Source of the DNA: an uncultured Chloroflexia bacterium
GTDB taxonomy: Bacteria > Chloroflexota > UBA6077 > JACCZL01
Assembly: GCA_963765765.1 (NCBI GenBank)
Contig: CAVXYC010000020.1
Coordinates: 320,001 to 384,000 of the forward strand
Direction of reading: 5' to 3'
DNA length: 64,000 bases
Positions within the stretch are counted from its first letter, which is position 1; the number at the start of each line of letters is the position of its first letter. This document shows positions 40,332 through 50,903 of the stretch, in pieces. A program made the translations under genes and the position numbers. The notes beneath the pieces are model-generated. The model was not told the DNA's origin. It did not search any database and was given only the letters and a program-made list of their open reading frames with translations.

Positions 40332-40432
40332 GCCGGCACGTAAACGGAGCGCAATTCAACCCGGTCGTGGGCGAATCGGCGATGCCGGTTCGCTCGCGAT
40401 TGGCAAATGACCGCCAGGAGAAGGGATCAGAC

Positions 40433-40906
40433 ATGAAGCGAGAAAGCATCGCCTACTGGGTCTTCAACGGGCTCTTCGCCGCGTTCATGGGACTGGGAGC
40501 GATTCCTGACAGGATAATGATTCCGGAAGCGGTCGAGCTGTTCGATCTGCTTGGGTATCCGACCTACTGCTACCGTTTCTCGGTATCGCCAAGTTGCTCG
40601 GGGCAGCGGTTGTGTTACTGCCCGCTCCAGCCACGCTCAAAGAGTGGGCATATGCCGGGCTAGCCTTTGACCTGCTGGGCGCGCTGTACTCCCATCTCAG
40701 GATCGCGACACGAGCTATGGTGGGGCCCGATGATTCCCCTCGTGCTCCTGGTGCCCGCGTACGTCCTTTATCGGAAACGACAATCGCCCGCCGGTGCTTC
40801 GATTTCAGGGCTCAACTGCCTGACTGTCGCGCCAGCGGGGTTCGCCAGGTCGGGCCATCCACACGTCCCGTCCGCTCACGACGCTAGCGCCGGACCAGGT
40901 ACCTGA
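40433..40906 (+). CDS. DoxX-family membrane protein, frameshifted (end uncertain)
   Basis: MKRESIAYW, LGYP.Y, LKEWAYAG.AFDL.GA..SH spread over three frames. Confidence 0.7.
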
Positions 40907-41088
40907 GGTGGAGGGCACGACGACCCTGGAATACGACCGGGTCGTCGAGGAGCTGGTGCCGCGACCCAGCCCTGCGAAGGGAATTCCATCGCCGACCAGC
41001 ACGGGCACAAGGCTGACGCACACCTCGTCCACCAATCGGAGCCCGAGCGCCTGCTGAGCGATGTTCGCGCTCGCGATACGGACGTCTT
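40884..41088 (-). pseudogene. C-terminal fragment of a third DHFR-like protein
   Basis: ANIAQQAL..LVDEV.VSLVPVL.GDGIPF..DDPVV.QG.RALHLRY.VRR-stop; no N-terminus. Confidence 0.65.
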
Positions 41089-41330
41089 CAGCACCAGGAG
41101 GCTCTTAATGCGCTCCAGTAGATCATGAGCGACTTACTTGATCTCGGTGCGCTCCTCGGTCGTGAGTTCGGGGGAGGGGCGGGTGAGGATGTCGAAGATG
41201 ACTAGCTCTTCCTCAATTGGGTTTCACAGACGTGCCACTCCTGCTCATCATCCAGGCTGTTACTTAGTTTGAGTAGCTCCTCATAGAGCTCGTCGATACT
41301 GGAGCTCGTCGATACTGCAGCTGCCGACAT
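41089..41330 (-). pseudogene. Type I restriction subunit HsdR C-terminal fragment
   Basis: SIDELYEELLKLSNSLDDEQ..EEELVIFDILTRPSPELTTEERTEIK*VAHDLLERIKSLLVL with frameshift and in-frame stop. Confidence 0.72.
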
Positions 41331-41357
41331 TAAGCCCCCGGCGGACATCCTGGATGT

Positions 41358-41417
41358 GCATTTGAACTGAAGATTGAGGTGCGCCCGGAGGGATTCGAAC
41401 CTCCGACACCTGGTTCC
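41358..41417 (-). repeat. Direct repeat (att-like) of tRNA-Arg 3' half plus downstream flank
   Basis: GCATTTGAACTGAA..GCGCCCGGAGGGATTCGAAC.CCGACACCTGGTTCC matches 54751-54810. Confidence 0.88.
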
Positions 41418-41731
41418 AAAGTTCGGAGCGGTCGTGCGACCCAGTGCTGCGCCCACCATTGCTGAACTGACGGAACTACCTTCCGTGCGGCCGAGAGCCG
41501 CCGGTTCGACGCCTGTCTGACCAGGATTGGGATCACCATTGGGCTCAACTTGCTCGGTGGACTGAACACAAGGAGTCCGGTGAGCGCCAGATCAGCGCCC
41601 GTCTGAGCCAAGTGGCCAGAGCCACCTGGGCCCGCCTTTTACCCGCACCGCTTTGGAGGGTGTGATGTCGCGGCAGACGACCTGTCGATGATTGCACCAA
41701 GCTGGCCGAGAAGGACGGCCTGTGCCGTGAT

Positions 41732-42220
41732 GACTACATCAGGTGGCGCCAGTCGGCTCACAGGGCCCCCGGTGACCGTGCCCGCAACCCCGTCACTCAA
41801 CCCTCTCCCGGCCAAGTTTGGGATCGGGTCAGGAGGGCTCGAACGTGCTGGCTCTGGATCGGAAACATCAAGAATGGCTACGCCCGCTATTGGGACGGGA
41901 AGACCCCAGGTCGGCCCACCGTATCGCCTACGAACACTCTGTCGGCCCGATACCCGGGGAACGTTCTCGCCAGTACCTGCCCTGACGGCCCTCAGCATTG
42001 CGTCTACTACGGGACTGGACCCCCGCCCGCCTCGGGCCAGCGCTACGACCGCGCCCTGGGCATCATCGGGACCGGGACGCTGCCGAACAGAGGCTGCCGC
42101 AATGGCCACCTCCAGACGCCCGAAAGCGTCGGCTCCGCCAGGACTCGCGTCACCGCTCTGCCTGGAATGCCAGCGTATCGCCCGGGTGCGCCAAGCCGCC
42201 CGTGGGGCGCACTTGGACAA
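41732..42220 (+). pseudogene. Degenerate phage-type HNH endonuclease
   Basis: WDRVRRARTCWLWIGNIKNGYARYWDGK..AHRIAYEHSVGPIP and C-terminal GCRNGHLQTPES..CLECQR across frameshifts. Confidence 0.65.
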
Positions 42221-42477
42221 CTCGCGTACTGGGACGCAATCCCACCGGGAGGCTCGGCAAACGCACAAAAACGGGGCCCTCGTGGCCCCGGCGTTGCAGA
42301 GCTATCCCGGTTCATCGTTGCCAGACCGAACGGGACCAGGTAAGGCCGCCTGGGGGCACATCCGTCTGCTGCCCGGGAGGACTACACGCTCGCATCTCCA
42401 TGGGTCTTGACAGCTGCCCGGGCGTATGCAATATTGCACGGGTACCGCGTCTGCAAGCTCCTCGTGGAGGTCCCGCC

Positions 42478-43517
42478 ATGCTGCACCGTGCCGTTCGGTT
42501 CCTGATGCTGACGTTCCTGTTGGCCGGAGCTCGGCGTTCGCCCTGCTGCCGGTGGGGACGGCGATTGCGGCCCCACCGACGCTCACGGTGAGATCGCTCA
42601 ATGCGGGCCTGGCACTACTCGGATCAACGCTGACGGCCGCATGCTCGACGCCGAACACACTGACCTTTAGCGCTTCGGGAGTGCAGTCATCGAGTCCCGA
42701 ATGCCCCTATCCCGGCCCCTTCACGGAGCAGGGGACCCTGACCCGCGACCCGGCATCGGCCAGTACACCTTCGCGGCGACCTTCGAGATCCAGAGTCACC
42801 ACCGGGACCGTCACTGGCACCAAGAGCGCCGCGTACGTTACATTATCCCAATGGCATTGGCTTCGCTTGTTCCGGCAGCACGGCACGATCGGCTTCAAAC
42901 TTTCCAGCGAGCTACACCGCCCGCATCGAGACTGCCGAGGCGTCTTCAGTGTCAGTCGCACCTTCTTTAGACTGTCCTGGCTCCTGCTGTGCCTCACCTG
43001 CCCATCGCAGCGACTGCACTAGGACAATGTTCACTCGTCGCAGCAAGAAGCTGACCCTGCGTCGTTAAGACGCTCGCGGCAAGCACCGCACCAGCCGACG
43101 CCGACCGGCGCGGTCGCCTGGACCCGTCCTCCTTCCGCCGCCTGCGCGACGATGTCCTCAACGCGCTCCGGGGGCGGGCAGCGCTATGTCCGCCTGTACG
43201 AAACCCACAGCCCGGAGATCGTCCGCCTGATGCTGGAGGATTCGAATCTGCGCACCGAGCTGCGGGACGGGCTGCTGCTGTGGCAGGCCGATCTGGCGGC
43301 GCTGGCCGACGGGCGCGGCGGCAGTGCCACGATCGACGCCGAGCAGGTGCGGGCGGCCGAGGCGGTGCTGGACCGATTAGCGGCAAAAGGCAGTCCGAGG
43401 CTACGCCGGGCGATCGAGCAGGAGCGCCGGGCGCACCCGCCCGCGAGCTTCGTGGGCAAGCCGCTCGACCGGGCGCTGGACGAGCTACGCGCGGGCAAGC
43501 CGGAGCGGGACCGTTGA
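42478..43517 (+). CDS. Secreted protein, heavily frameshifted, with C-terminal helical domain resembling CFI-box-CTERM
   Basis: Signal-like MLHRAVRFLMLTFLL, PYPGPFTEQG, then RRLRDDVL..GGQRYVRLYETHSPEIVRLM. Confidence 0.45.
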
Positions 43518-43625
43518 CTCGGGTCGGGCTGATGCGAACGAGGCGCGCCCAGCGGCATGAGAACCGACCTCCGGTTCGGGCAGGCTGTTCCCCCAAACGG
43601 CGCGCCTTGGCGGTCGAGATTCACA

Positions 43626-44934
43626 ATGACAGCGCGGCATAACGCGACTGTATACGTGGGCATGAGCGCGGATCTCCTCCATCCCGGTCATCTCAAAGTA
43701 ATCGAAGCCGCGCGGCAGCTGGGACACGTCATCGTGGGGCTACTCACGGACAAGGCGATCGCGAGCTACAAGCGCTTGCCCTACTTGAGCTACGAGCAGC
43801 GCGAGATTATCGTCAGAAACATCAAAGGCGTGGAGGAAGTTGTCGCTCAGGAAACGCTCGATTACGTGCCAAATCTCAACAGACTCCGACCAGACTTTGT
43901 AGTTCACGGTGATGACTGGATTGAGGGCGTGCAGCGGAAGACGCGCGAGCGGGTGATACAGGCCCTCCGGAAGTGGGGAGGAGAACTCGTCGAATTCCTT
44001 ACACTCAGGGAATTTCTTCAACGCTCTCAATCGTCAGCTCCGAAAGATTGGTACCACTCCTCAGATCCGCTTGAAGCGCTTCAGACGCCTACTGAACTCG
44101 AAGCTACTTGTGCGCGTCCTCGAGGCGCATAACGGGCTCACCGGACTGATCATCGAGAATACCGAGATTACCGTGGAGGGAGTGCCTCGCGAGTTCGACG
44201 GCATCTGGATCAGTAGCCTGACGAATTCAGTTGCGAGAGGCAAACCAGACATCGCACTTGATGTAAATGCTCGGCTCAACACGATTAACGAGATCCTCGA
44301 GGTCACCACCAAACCAATCATCGTCGACGGTGACAATGGCGGGCAGCCAGACCATTTCACCTTCCTGGTTCGGACGCTTGAACGACTGGGGGTGTCCGCC
44401 GTAGTCATTGAAGACAAGGCTGGGGAGAAGAGAAACTCACTCTTTGGCCAGGATGCGGGCCAGTGTCAGGACAGCATCGACAGGTTTACGAAGAAAATAT
44501 CCATCGGCAAGCGAGCGCAAGTCACGGAAGATTTCATGATTTTCGCGCGAATCGAAAGCTTCATTCTTGGCAAAGGATATGTCGATGCCGTAACGCGTGC
44601 GAGGGCGTACAGCGAAGCCGGAGCCGACGGAATTCTGATTCATAGCAATAAGAGCACTGGAGCCGAGGTCGTTGCGTTCTCTCAGGAGTTCGCGACGTTC
44701 ACGAATCGAGTACCACTTCTAGTCATTCCGACTATGTACGATAGCGTCCACGACGACGACCTGACCAAGTTGGGAATTAACGTCGTAGTGTACGCGAACC
44801 ATCTGCTGCGAAGTGCCTACCCCGCGATGGTCTACACTGCCGAGGTCATCTTAAGAAACGGAAGAGCGTTTGAAGCAAGAGAGCACTTGATGCCGGTGGA
44901 CGATTTAATCACGCTAATACCTACGCCCCCATGA
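43626..44934 (+). CDS. pepM: Phosphoenolpyruvate mutase with N-terminal cytidylyltransferase domain (frameshift near 44000-44030)
   Basis: HPGH (HxGH) and VVHGDDW in N-domain; EAHNGL, DGDNGG and diagnostic EDK-X5-NS ([10 protein letters not shown]). Confidence 0.93.
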
Positions 44935-46097
44935 TGCTGGAGCCTCGAGACTTTTTTGACAGTCTTGGCAAGGCTGGTGTCAGTTTTTATACGGGTGTCC
45001 GGATTCGTTGCTCAGAGACTTCAACGCGTATGTCGCTGAGCATCAAGCCAACCACGTCGTCGCGGCCAACGAGGGGGGTGCAATCGCCCTTGCCGCTGGA
45101 CATTATCTCGCTACCGGGCAGCTCGCATTGGTATACATGCAAAATTCCGGCTTGGGAAACGCCGTCAATCCGCTCGTGTCCCTCGCGGATCCCGTCGTCT
45201 ACGGCATCCCGATACTCCTCCTGATTGGCTGGAGAGGTGAACTCGGGAAGAGGGACGAACCCCAGCATATTAAGCAGGGAGCGATAACGTTAGAGCTCCT
45301 AGAGGCTCTAGGGATGCCGTACGCCGTGATCGATGCGTCGACTGGAGGATATCGAGTTAGTAACGCGTGAAGCGGCAGCGATTGCAAAGGCCAAGTCATG
45401 CCCATATGGACTCGTAGTCCGGAGAAAACCTCAAAGAATACACACTTCAGAAGGATCTCCGGACGCGCTATTCGCTTACGCGTGAAGACGCATTAAAGGC
45501 CATCTTGGAAACAGTCGGCGACAACGCTGCCGTTGTGAGCACGACGGGAATGGCATCGCGAGAGATATTTGATACCGGGACGCACTGGACCAGAGCCACG
45601 CCCGTGACTTCCTCACGGTGGGCTCGATGGGTCATGCGTCGCAGATTGCGCTCGGTATCGCGCGCGCCACACCAAATCGAGATATTTACTGCCTGGACGG
45701 TGATGGCGCTGCGATTATGCACCTGGGTGCACTAGCCATCGTAGGCTCTCTGGCACCCGCGAACTTCCGCCACATGATCATCAATAATGGCGCGCACGAT
45801 TCGGTCGGTGGCCAGCCAACGGCCGGGCTCGATATCGATTTTTCCGGAATTGCGCTGGCCTGCGGTTACACAAACTGCATGGTGGCCGGGTCGGAGGACG
45901 AGATCGCGAGTGGCATGCAAGCGCTCATCTCCGTGCCAGGCCCTACGCTCCTGGAAATCAGGGTGACTAAGGGTAACCGGTCGGATCTTGGTAGGCCTAC
46001 AACAACACCTTTGGAGAACAAGGCACTATTCATGGAGTTCTTACGCCGTGAAACCAGCGGCGCACATTGGATTCGGCAGCGTCCAGCATCTCGGTGA
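44931..46097 (+). CDS. ppd: Phosphonopyruvate decarboxylase (several frameshifts)
   Basis: FYTGVPDS, AANEG.A, YMQNSGLGN.VNPL, GWRG..DEPQH..QG, GSMGHA, DGDGA.IMHLG, NNGAHDSVGGQPT. Confidence 0.9.
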
Positions 46098-47150
46098 TTT
46101 ACTGCCGGGGTACGACGCGCACGCGGTGCTCCTTGTCACAGGAGGTGCGAGTTATTCGCTTCCGGTGCTGAAAAGGCCCTCGACCTCACCTGCGACTGCA
46201 GGAACTCCATCGCTTCTCCGGGTTCTCGAATAACCCGAAGCTGGGGGACGTTGAGTCCGGCATTGAGCTCTATCGGAAGGTGAAGCCCGACGTCGTTGTG
46301 GCCGTTGGTGGCGGTAGCGTGATCGACATGGCGAAGCTCATCAATGTGTACGCGGCCGAAGGTGTCTCGGGCAATGTGACGGTCGGCGTGCCACTGATCG
46401 CGATCCCCACGACCGCTGGTACGGGCAGCGAGGCTACTCAGTTCGCACGGTTTACATCGAAAAGCAGAAACACTCAATCTCGAACGAGGCGCTACTGCCC
46501 GATGTGGCAATCGTCGACCCGGCGCTGACTCGGAGCTTACCGCCGCTCGTGGCAGCGGCCAGCGGTATGGACGCGCTGAGCCAGGCTATCGAATCGTACT
46601 GGTGTGTCAACTCAACAGACGAGTCGAAAGATTTCGCAAGAGAAGCGATCGGTCGGATCGTGCCCCACATTAGAGAGGCTGTGCACGCGGCGTCCGACGA
46701 ACCGAGGCTAGCAGTGGCGCAGGGCGCACACCTCTCGGGCAAGGCTATCAACATCACGAGGACCACGGCGCCCCATGCACTGTCCTACGCATTGACATCC
46801 CGGTTTGGTGTTCCCCATGGCCAGGCGGTGAGCCTTACTTTCCGGACATGTTCGAGTTTAATCAGGGAGTCACGGCGGAGGATACGACAGACACCAGGGG
46901 CGCTGAGTATGTTAAGCGGATCCTTGGAGATATATGTGCCTTTCTCGGATGCCGCACCGTGACTGATGCCAGCGGAATGCTTCGACAGCTCATGCTTGAC
47001 ATCGGCTTGGCAACAACCTTTGCTGAGTTGAAGGTCGATAGACAGCAGGCGATCGAAGTTATGGTTCGTGAAGTCAACGCGGAGCGCCTCGTTAATAATC
47101 CGAGACGCCTAACGGCGGAGCACTTGCGAATGTTACTTGGCGGCCTTTGA
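46048..47150 (+). CDS. Iron-containing alcohol dehydrogenase, likely phosphonoacetaldehyde reductase (frameshifted)
   Basis: GGGSVIDMAK, IPTTAGTGSEAT, DALSQAIES.W, AINITRTTAPHA.SY, HG.AV, NAERL.NNP; directly after ppd. Confidence 0.85.
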
Positions 47151-47153
47151 GCC

Positions 47154-48316
47154 ATGGAACCGCCGATTGTCCTTGCATCCCCTCGAGAGCCATCGGGCGG
47201 TTCGTGGCTCATCAACTGCCTCCTCGAACTCGGCGTCCGAGTCAATCTCCAGCCCACAGCGGATCGCATCTGGCGCGGTGCTAGCGGCCGCCAGCGGCCC
47301 TCTGTCATGTGGCAACCTGCGGAGAACGGCCGCTGGCGGCTGAATCCACGCGCCGAGGAGCTAAAGAAGTGGCTACCGATCCTGGGACACCAGGAAACGC
47401 TCCACTTTCGAGACGATCTCGAGGTGCTTTACGTGCAGGATCTGCCACAGGTCGACCTCACCAGCGCGCGCACGGTACTCTTCGTCCGGGACCCGCGAGA
47501 CGCAATCCATTCGCTGTATCGACGCATCCAACCCGAAATGTCGCTCGAGGACTTTGTTGCCTTCCCGCATCCGGTGACGCTTCTCGATGCCATTGACCAC
47601 TGGCGGCTGTTCACCGAGTGCTGGCTTGCAGTCGATGGCACGCTCATCTACCCATTCGAGGACTACAAGGCGGACGCTCCAGGTCTCTTGAGCCGGATCG
47701 TCAGAGACCTTGGGCTCGTGGCCTCACGAGAGGAGATCACTCGGGCCGCCAACGAATCAACCTTTGAGAAAGCACGGGCTGGCGATCAACGGTACCGTTC
47801 GTCGCATCCAGGAACAAGAACATTGCAATGCGCGCGGGACAGGTTGGCGAATGGAAGACCTCGCCTGAACTCCGCCAACTGTCCCGCGAGATCGAGAGAC
47901 GCATGGGGTCCATCCTGATCAAGCTCGGCTACATGCCTCACGACGAGCTAGAGGCAGTTTCCAACATCGGGAGTACTTCGCAGTTCCACTTTCTCAGAGC
48001 GTTTGAACGCATCGAGCTGCCATCAGATTTGCGCAAAGTTGTGAAATCCAGCGACCCGATGGCGTGCCCGAGACTTCCAGCAATACTGAAACTAGCATCC
48101 ACTGCTGACGCTGATCTTATGCGACGCGCGCGGTTGCACCCGCTTGAGGCACGTACCTTATTCGATACTCTCCAGGAGTACGTCGCTGCTTGGCATGACT
48201 GCTATCGCGGTCGATTTAACGCGGCTCGGGCGGCATTCGATGATGGCGCCGCCTATCACATGACTCGGATTCGCGAGCTTATGACGAGTCGCCGCCTCGC
48301 ACAGAACTTGGAGTAA
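47154..48316 (+). CDS. Sulfotransferase-fold protein (frameshift near 47820)
   Basis: LASPREPSGGSWL (5'-PSB-like), VRDPRDAIHS (3'-PB), FED, RAGQVGEWK. Confidence 0.78.
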
Positions 48317-48322
48317 GCTCGA

Positions 48323-49666
48323 TCAGGCTGACCCGCTAGCCTCCGCCTCGTCACTCGCCAAATCGCCCGCTGCATGAGCCATTGATGGGACAAAGGAGGG
48401 CAGGATAGTACGAAGGCGTCCCGTAGACGCTAGATGCATGAGTAGGCTGTGGCTGTCGCCCGTTTCGTTCTGTAGATGCACTGTCACGCCGGGACAGTCG
48501 GCCAGCCAGTCGGCGAATTCTCTATCGCGCTTATTCAGGGCGGAGTACCAGATGCTATACCGCGTGACTCCGTTGTACTCGGAGAGTAGGCTCCTGAGCC
48601 GCGCCATGGCTTCGTCAGAGCCATTGAGTCGCACGGTGCGCGGCGAAAACGCCCACACTGTCTGCATTCTGCACAGATGCCCAAACGTTAACGCTCCGTA
48701 ACTGCCGCTCGAATAACCGACACTATGTAACTCTCGCACGTGCGGGAGGGAGCTGGCATAAGACGATATCCAGCCCGCTAAAGACTCTGTGTCTGGGATC
48801 TCAGCGCTAATCCCATGAGTAAAGTTCTCGAGATAGGGATCACGGATATACAGTAAATTGCGCCGGAGAAGACCCCATCGTCTCATAGCTTCTATCTGGG
48901 AGCCAGTAGCTTTACCATCTCGACTACCCATTATGGCATCAATACCACCAAATATTACGAAGAGCTGCGCACAGTCTTTCCTCTCTAACTGCACGACCGG
49001 TTTTCTTGATTCAGACTGCTTGAGCAAGTAATTCCGAAACCATGGTAATTCCGAGAAGGATGGCGGCACTTTATCCAAGAATTGCAATATCTGACTCGCT
49101 ATCCGAGTAAGCCGATAGCCTGATGTAATCCCCAGTTGCGAGTCGGCAGTTGCTAAGAACTGAATGACCCGTTCAGATAGCAGGCTTTCAGCTTCAACTG
49201 GAGATAACGCAGCTGTGTCAAGCTGCAATTCAGAATTGCTACGCTCATAAGGGTGAGTGACCCCGATAAAGCAATCATATTCAGAAGCAAAGGCTCGCTG
49301 ATAATTTCCCTTAGTATCCCGGGCTGAGCAGACAGCCACAGGGCAGTCGAGATAAACTTCGAAGAATGGGCTTAATCGATTCCGAGCCATGACACGCATA
49401 GATGCACGATGTGCAATTGCTGCAATGACAACCACTTTCCCCGACTTCATCTCCGTGCTGGCTTCCTCGACTAGTCTTCGCCACACAGCCTCCCGGTCCT
49501 GGGGCGATGTCCGTAACGGCCTCCAGAGTCGGGCTCGAAACTCTTCACCGTCAATCAGCACAACGTTGTCAATCCCGAGCTCATTCAAGCGGGATACCAA
49601 CGCACGGGCCAGGGTCGTCTTACCGGATGCAGACAACCAGTGAGCAAGATTGCGGCGGAGGGCCAT
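48323..49666 (-). CDS. CysC/APS-kinase-like domain fused to alpha/beta-hydrolase-like domain
   Basis: SASGKTT P-loop, IDGEEFR, EVYLDCP..RDTKG.Y..FIGV..PYE; C-domain GYSSG elbow, AFSP, late His. Confidence 0.75.
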   Translation of the reverse strand: MALRRNLAHWLSASGKTTLARALVSRLNELGIDNVVLIDGEEFRARLWRPLRTSPQDREAVWRRLVEEASTEMKSGKVVVIAAIAHRASMRVMARNRLSPFFEVYLDCPVAVCSARDTKGNYQRAFASEYDCFIGVTHPYERSNSELQLDTAALSPVEAESLLSERVIQFLATADSQLGITSGYRLTRIASQILQFLDKVPPSFSELPWFRNYLLKQSESRKPVVQLERKDCAQLFVIFGGIDAIMGSRDGKATGSQIEAMRRWGLLRRNLLYIRDPYLENFTHGISAEIPDTESLAGWISSYASSLPHVRELHSVGYSSGSYGALTFGHLCRMQTVWAFSPRTVRLNGSDEAMARLRSLLSEYNGVTRYSIWYSALNKRDREFADWLADCPGVTVHLQNETGDSHSLLMHLASTGRLRTILPSFVPSMAHAAGDLASDEAEASGSA

Positions 49667-49691
49667 GCTTGCACGTTGCTTGGATGCCCGC

Positions 49692-50435
49692 TCACCTGCG
49701 CTTGCCGATCCAGACGCGCGTCGTATACGGTATGCTGGCCGTCTCCGGACACTCTCGCAACACGAGATCTTCGATCGTCGTTACAATCTCGTTGAAGCGG
49801 CTCCCCGCTTGACGCACTAATGTCGCGTGCGAGGACCAGGCAGCAAGCCAGGCTTTGGTGCTCTGTTCGTACACAAACGATACTTCGAAGCGGTGAACCG
49901 AGGCGAACAAGCCAGAAGATTCGATGAATTTGGATTGATCTGCGCGTCGATCGCCGTAGCTATAGCTCGGCACTTCCCGCTGAATCAGGGTCTCGATTTT
50001 GCTCTGTAAGGGATCATCGAGATCGCGATGATTGAATAGGACCGCCAGCTGACCGCCGCTGCGAAGTAATCTCCGGGCTTCGCGAAGCGTCGCATCGTAG
50101 TCCGCCACCCCAAACGATGAACCGTAGGTCAGAAGGGCGAACGCACCGTCTTGCAGACCGGTCTGCTCCATCAATGCATCGTGCCACCAAACGTTGGGCA
50201 ATCCCGAGGTTCGCGATTCGCCAATTTCCCTCATTCGTGGATTCGGTTCGACAGCTATCACATCGAGATTTCGAGCTGCAAGCTTCAGTGTCAGATGACC
50301 GGTCCCGGCACCGAGGTCCAACACGGGGTCACCCGCATTCAGATGAGCGACTTCAACCAGCGTGTCAATTGCGCCATCGGCGTAGTTTGGCCGGTGGGAA
50401 TACGATTCGGCCAAAGCCGTGTAGTCCCACTCCAT
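49692..50435 (-). CDS. Class I SAM-dependent methyltransferase
   Basis: WDYT..A..Y..RPNYA, LDLGAGTG, VEPN, GSSF, NHRDL.DP, YTTR.W. Confidence 0.9.
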   Translation of the reverse strand: MEWDYTALAESYSHRPNYADGAIDTLVEVAHLNAGDPVLDLGAGTGHLTLKLAARNLDVIAVEPNPRMREIGESRTSGLPNVWWHDALMEQTGLQDGAFALLTYGSSFGVADYDATLREARRLLRSGGQLAVLFNHRDLDDPLQSKIETLIQREVPSYSYGDRRADQSKFIESSGLFASVHRFEVSFVYEQSTKAWLAAWSSHATLVRQAGSRFNEIVTTIEDLVLRECPETASIPYTTRVWIGKRR

Positions 50436-50493
50436 GTTCGCTTTCCTTTCGACGACCATCTCGGCCCTGCACAGAGACTTGAAGGCCGCGCAG

Positions 50494-50769
50494 TTACGGT
50501 GAAGGCGGCTGGTCGATGTAGTGGGCAATGAGGTCGCTTAACGTCCCGATAGTTCGGAAATACTCCTCCTGAAAATCGGCCTCCAAGAATTCGAAGTTGA
50601 AGCGTGTCTCGAGTGCCGAGATGAGTTCGACGACGCTGAACGAATCAAGACCTAAGCCGCCATCAAACAGCGGAGTATCTCGGCCAAAGACTCCAGTAAT
50701 CTCCGGCGGGTTGAACTCCTCCTTTATGATGCCTTCAATAGCACCGACGATCTCATTCTGGTCAGGCAC
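50494..50769 (-). CDS. Stand-alone acyl carrier protein
   Basis: LF.GGLGLDSFSVVEL...LE..F phosphopantetheine motif. Confidence 0.88.
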   Translation of the reverse strand: MPDQNEIVGAIEGIIKEEFNPPEITGVFGRDTPLFDGGLGLDSFSVVELISALETRFNFEFLEADFQEEYFRTIGTLSDLIAHYIDQPPSP

Positions 50770-50903
50770 GCGACTCGTGTCTCCCCGTTAGTAGCTTTCG
50801 TGATGAGCTCGGTACCGCGCGTTCTGAATCGTGCGCGAAGCGGACCAACCGCTGATGGGCCGTCCTTTGCAGCCCCTCGACATGAGACTCCCGGAGCGTT
50901 GTG

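Noticed and set aside
41639-42410. Long ORFs 41688-42410 (+) and 41639-42268 (-) as real genes
   Set aside because: Low-complexity products; better explained as off-frame readings of the decayed HNH gene.
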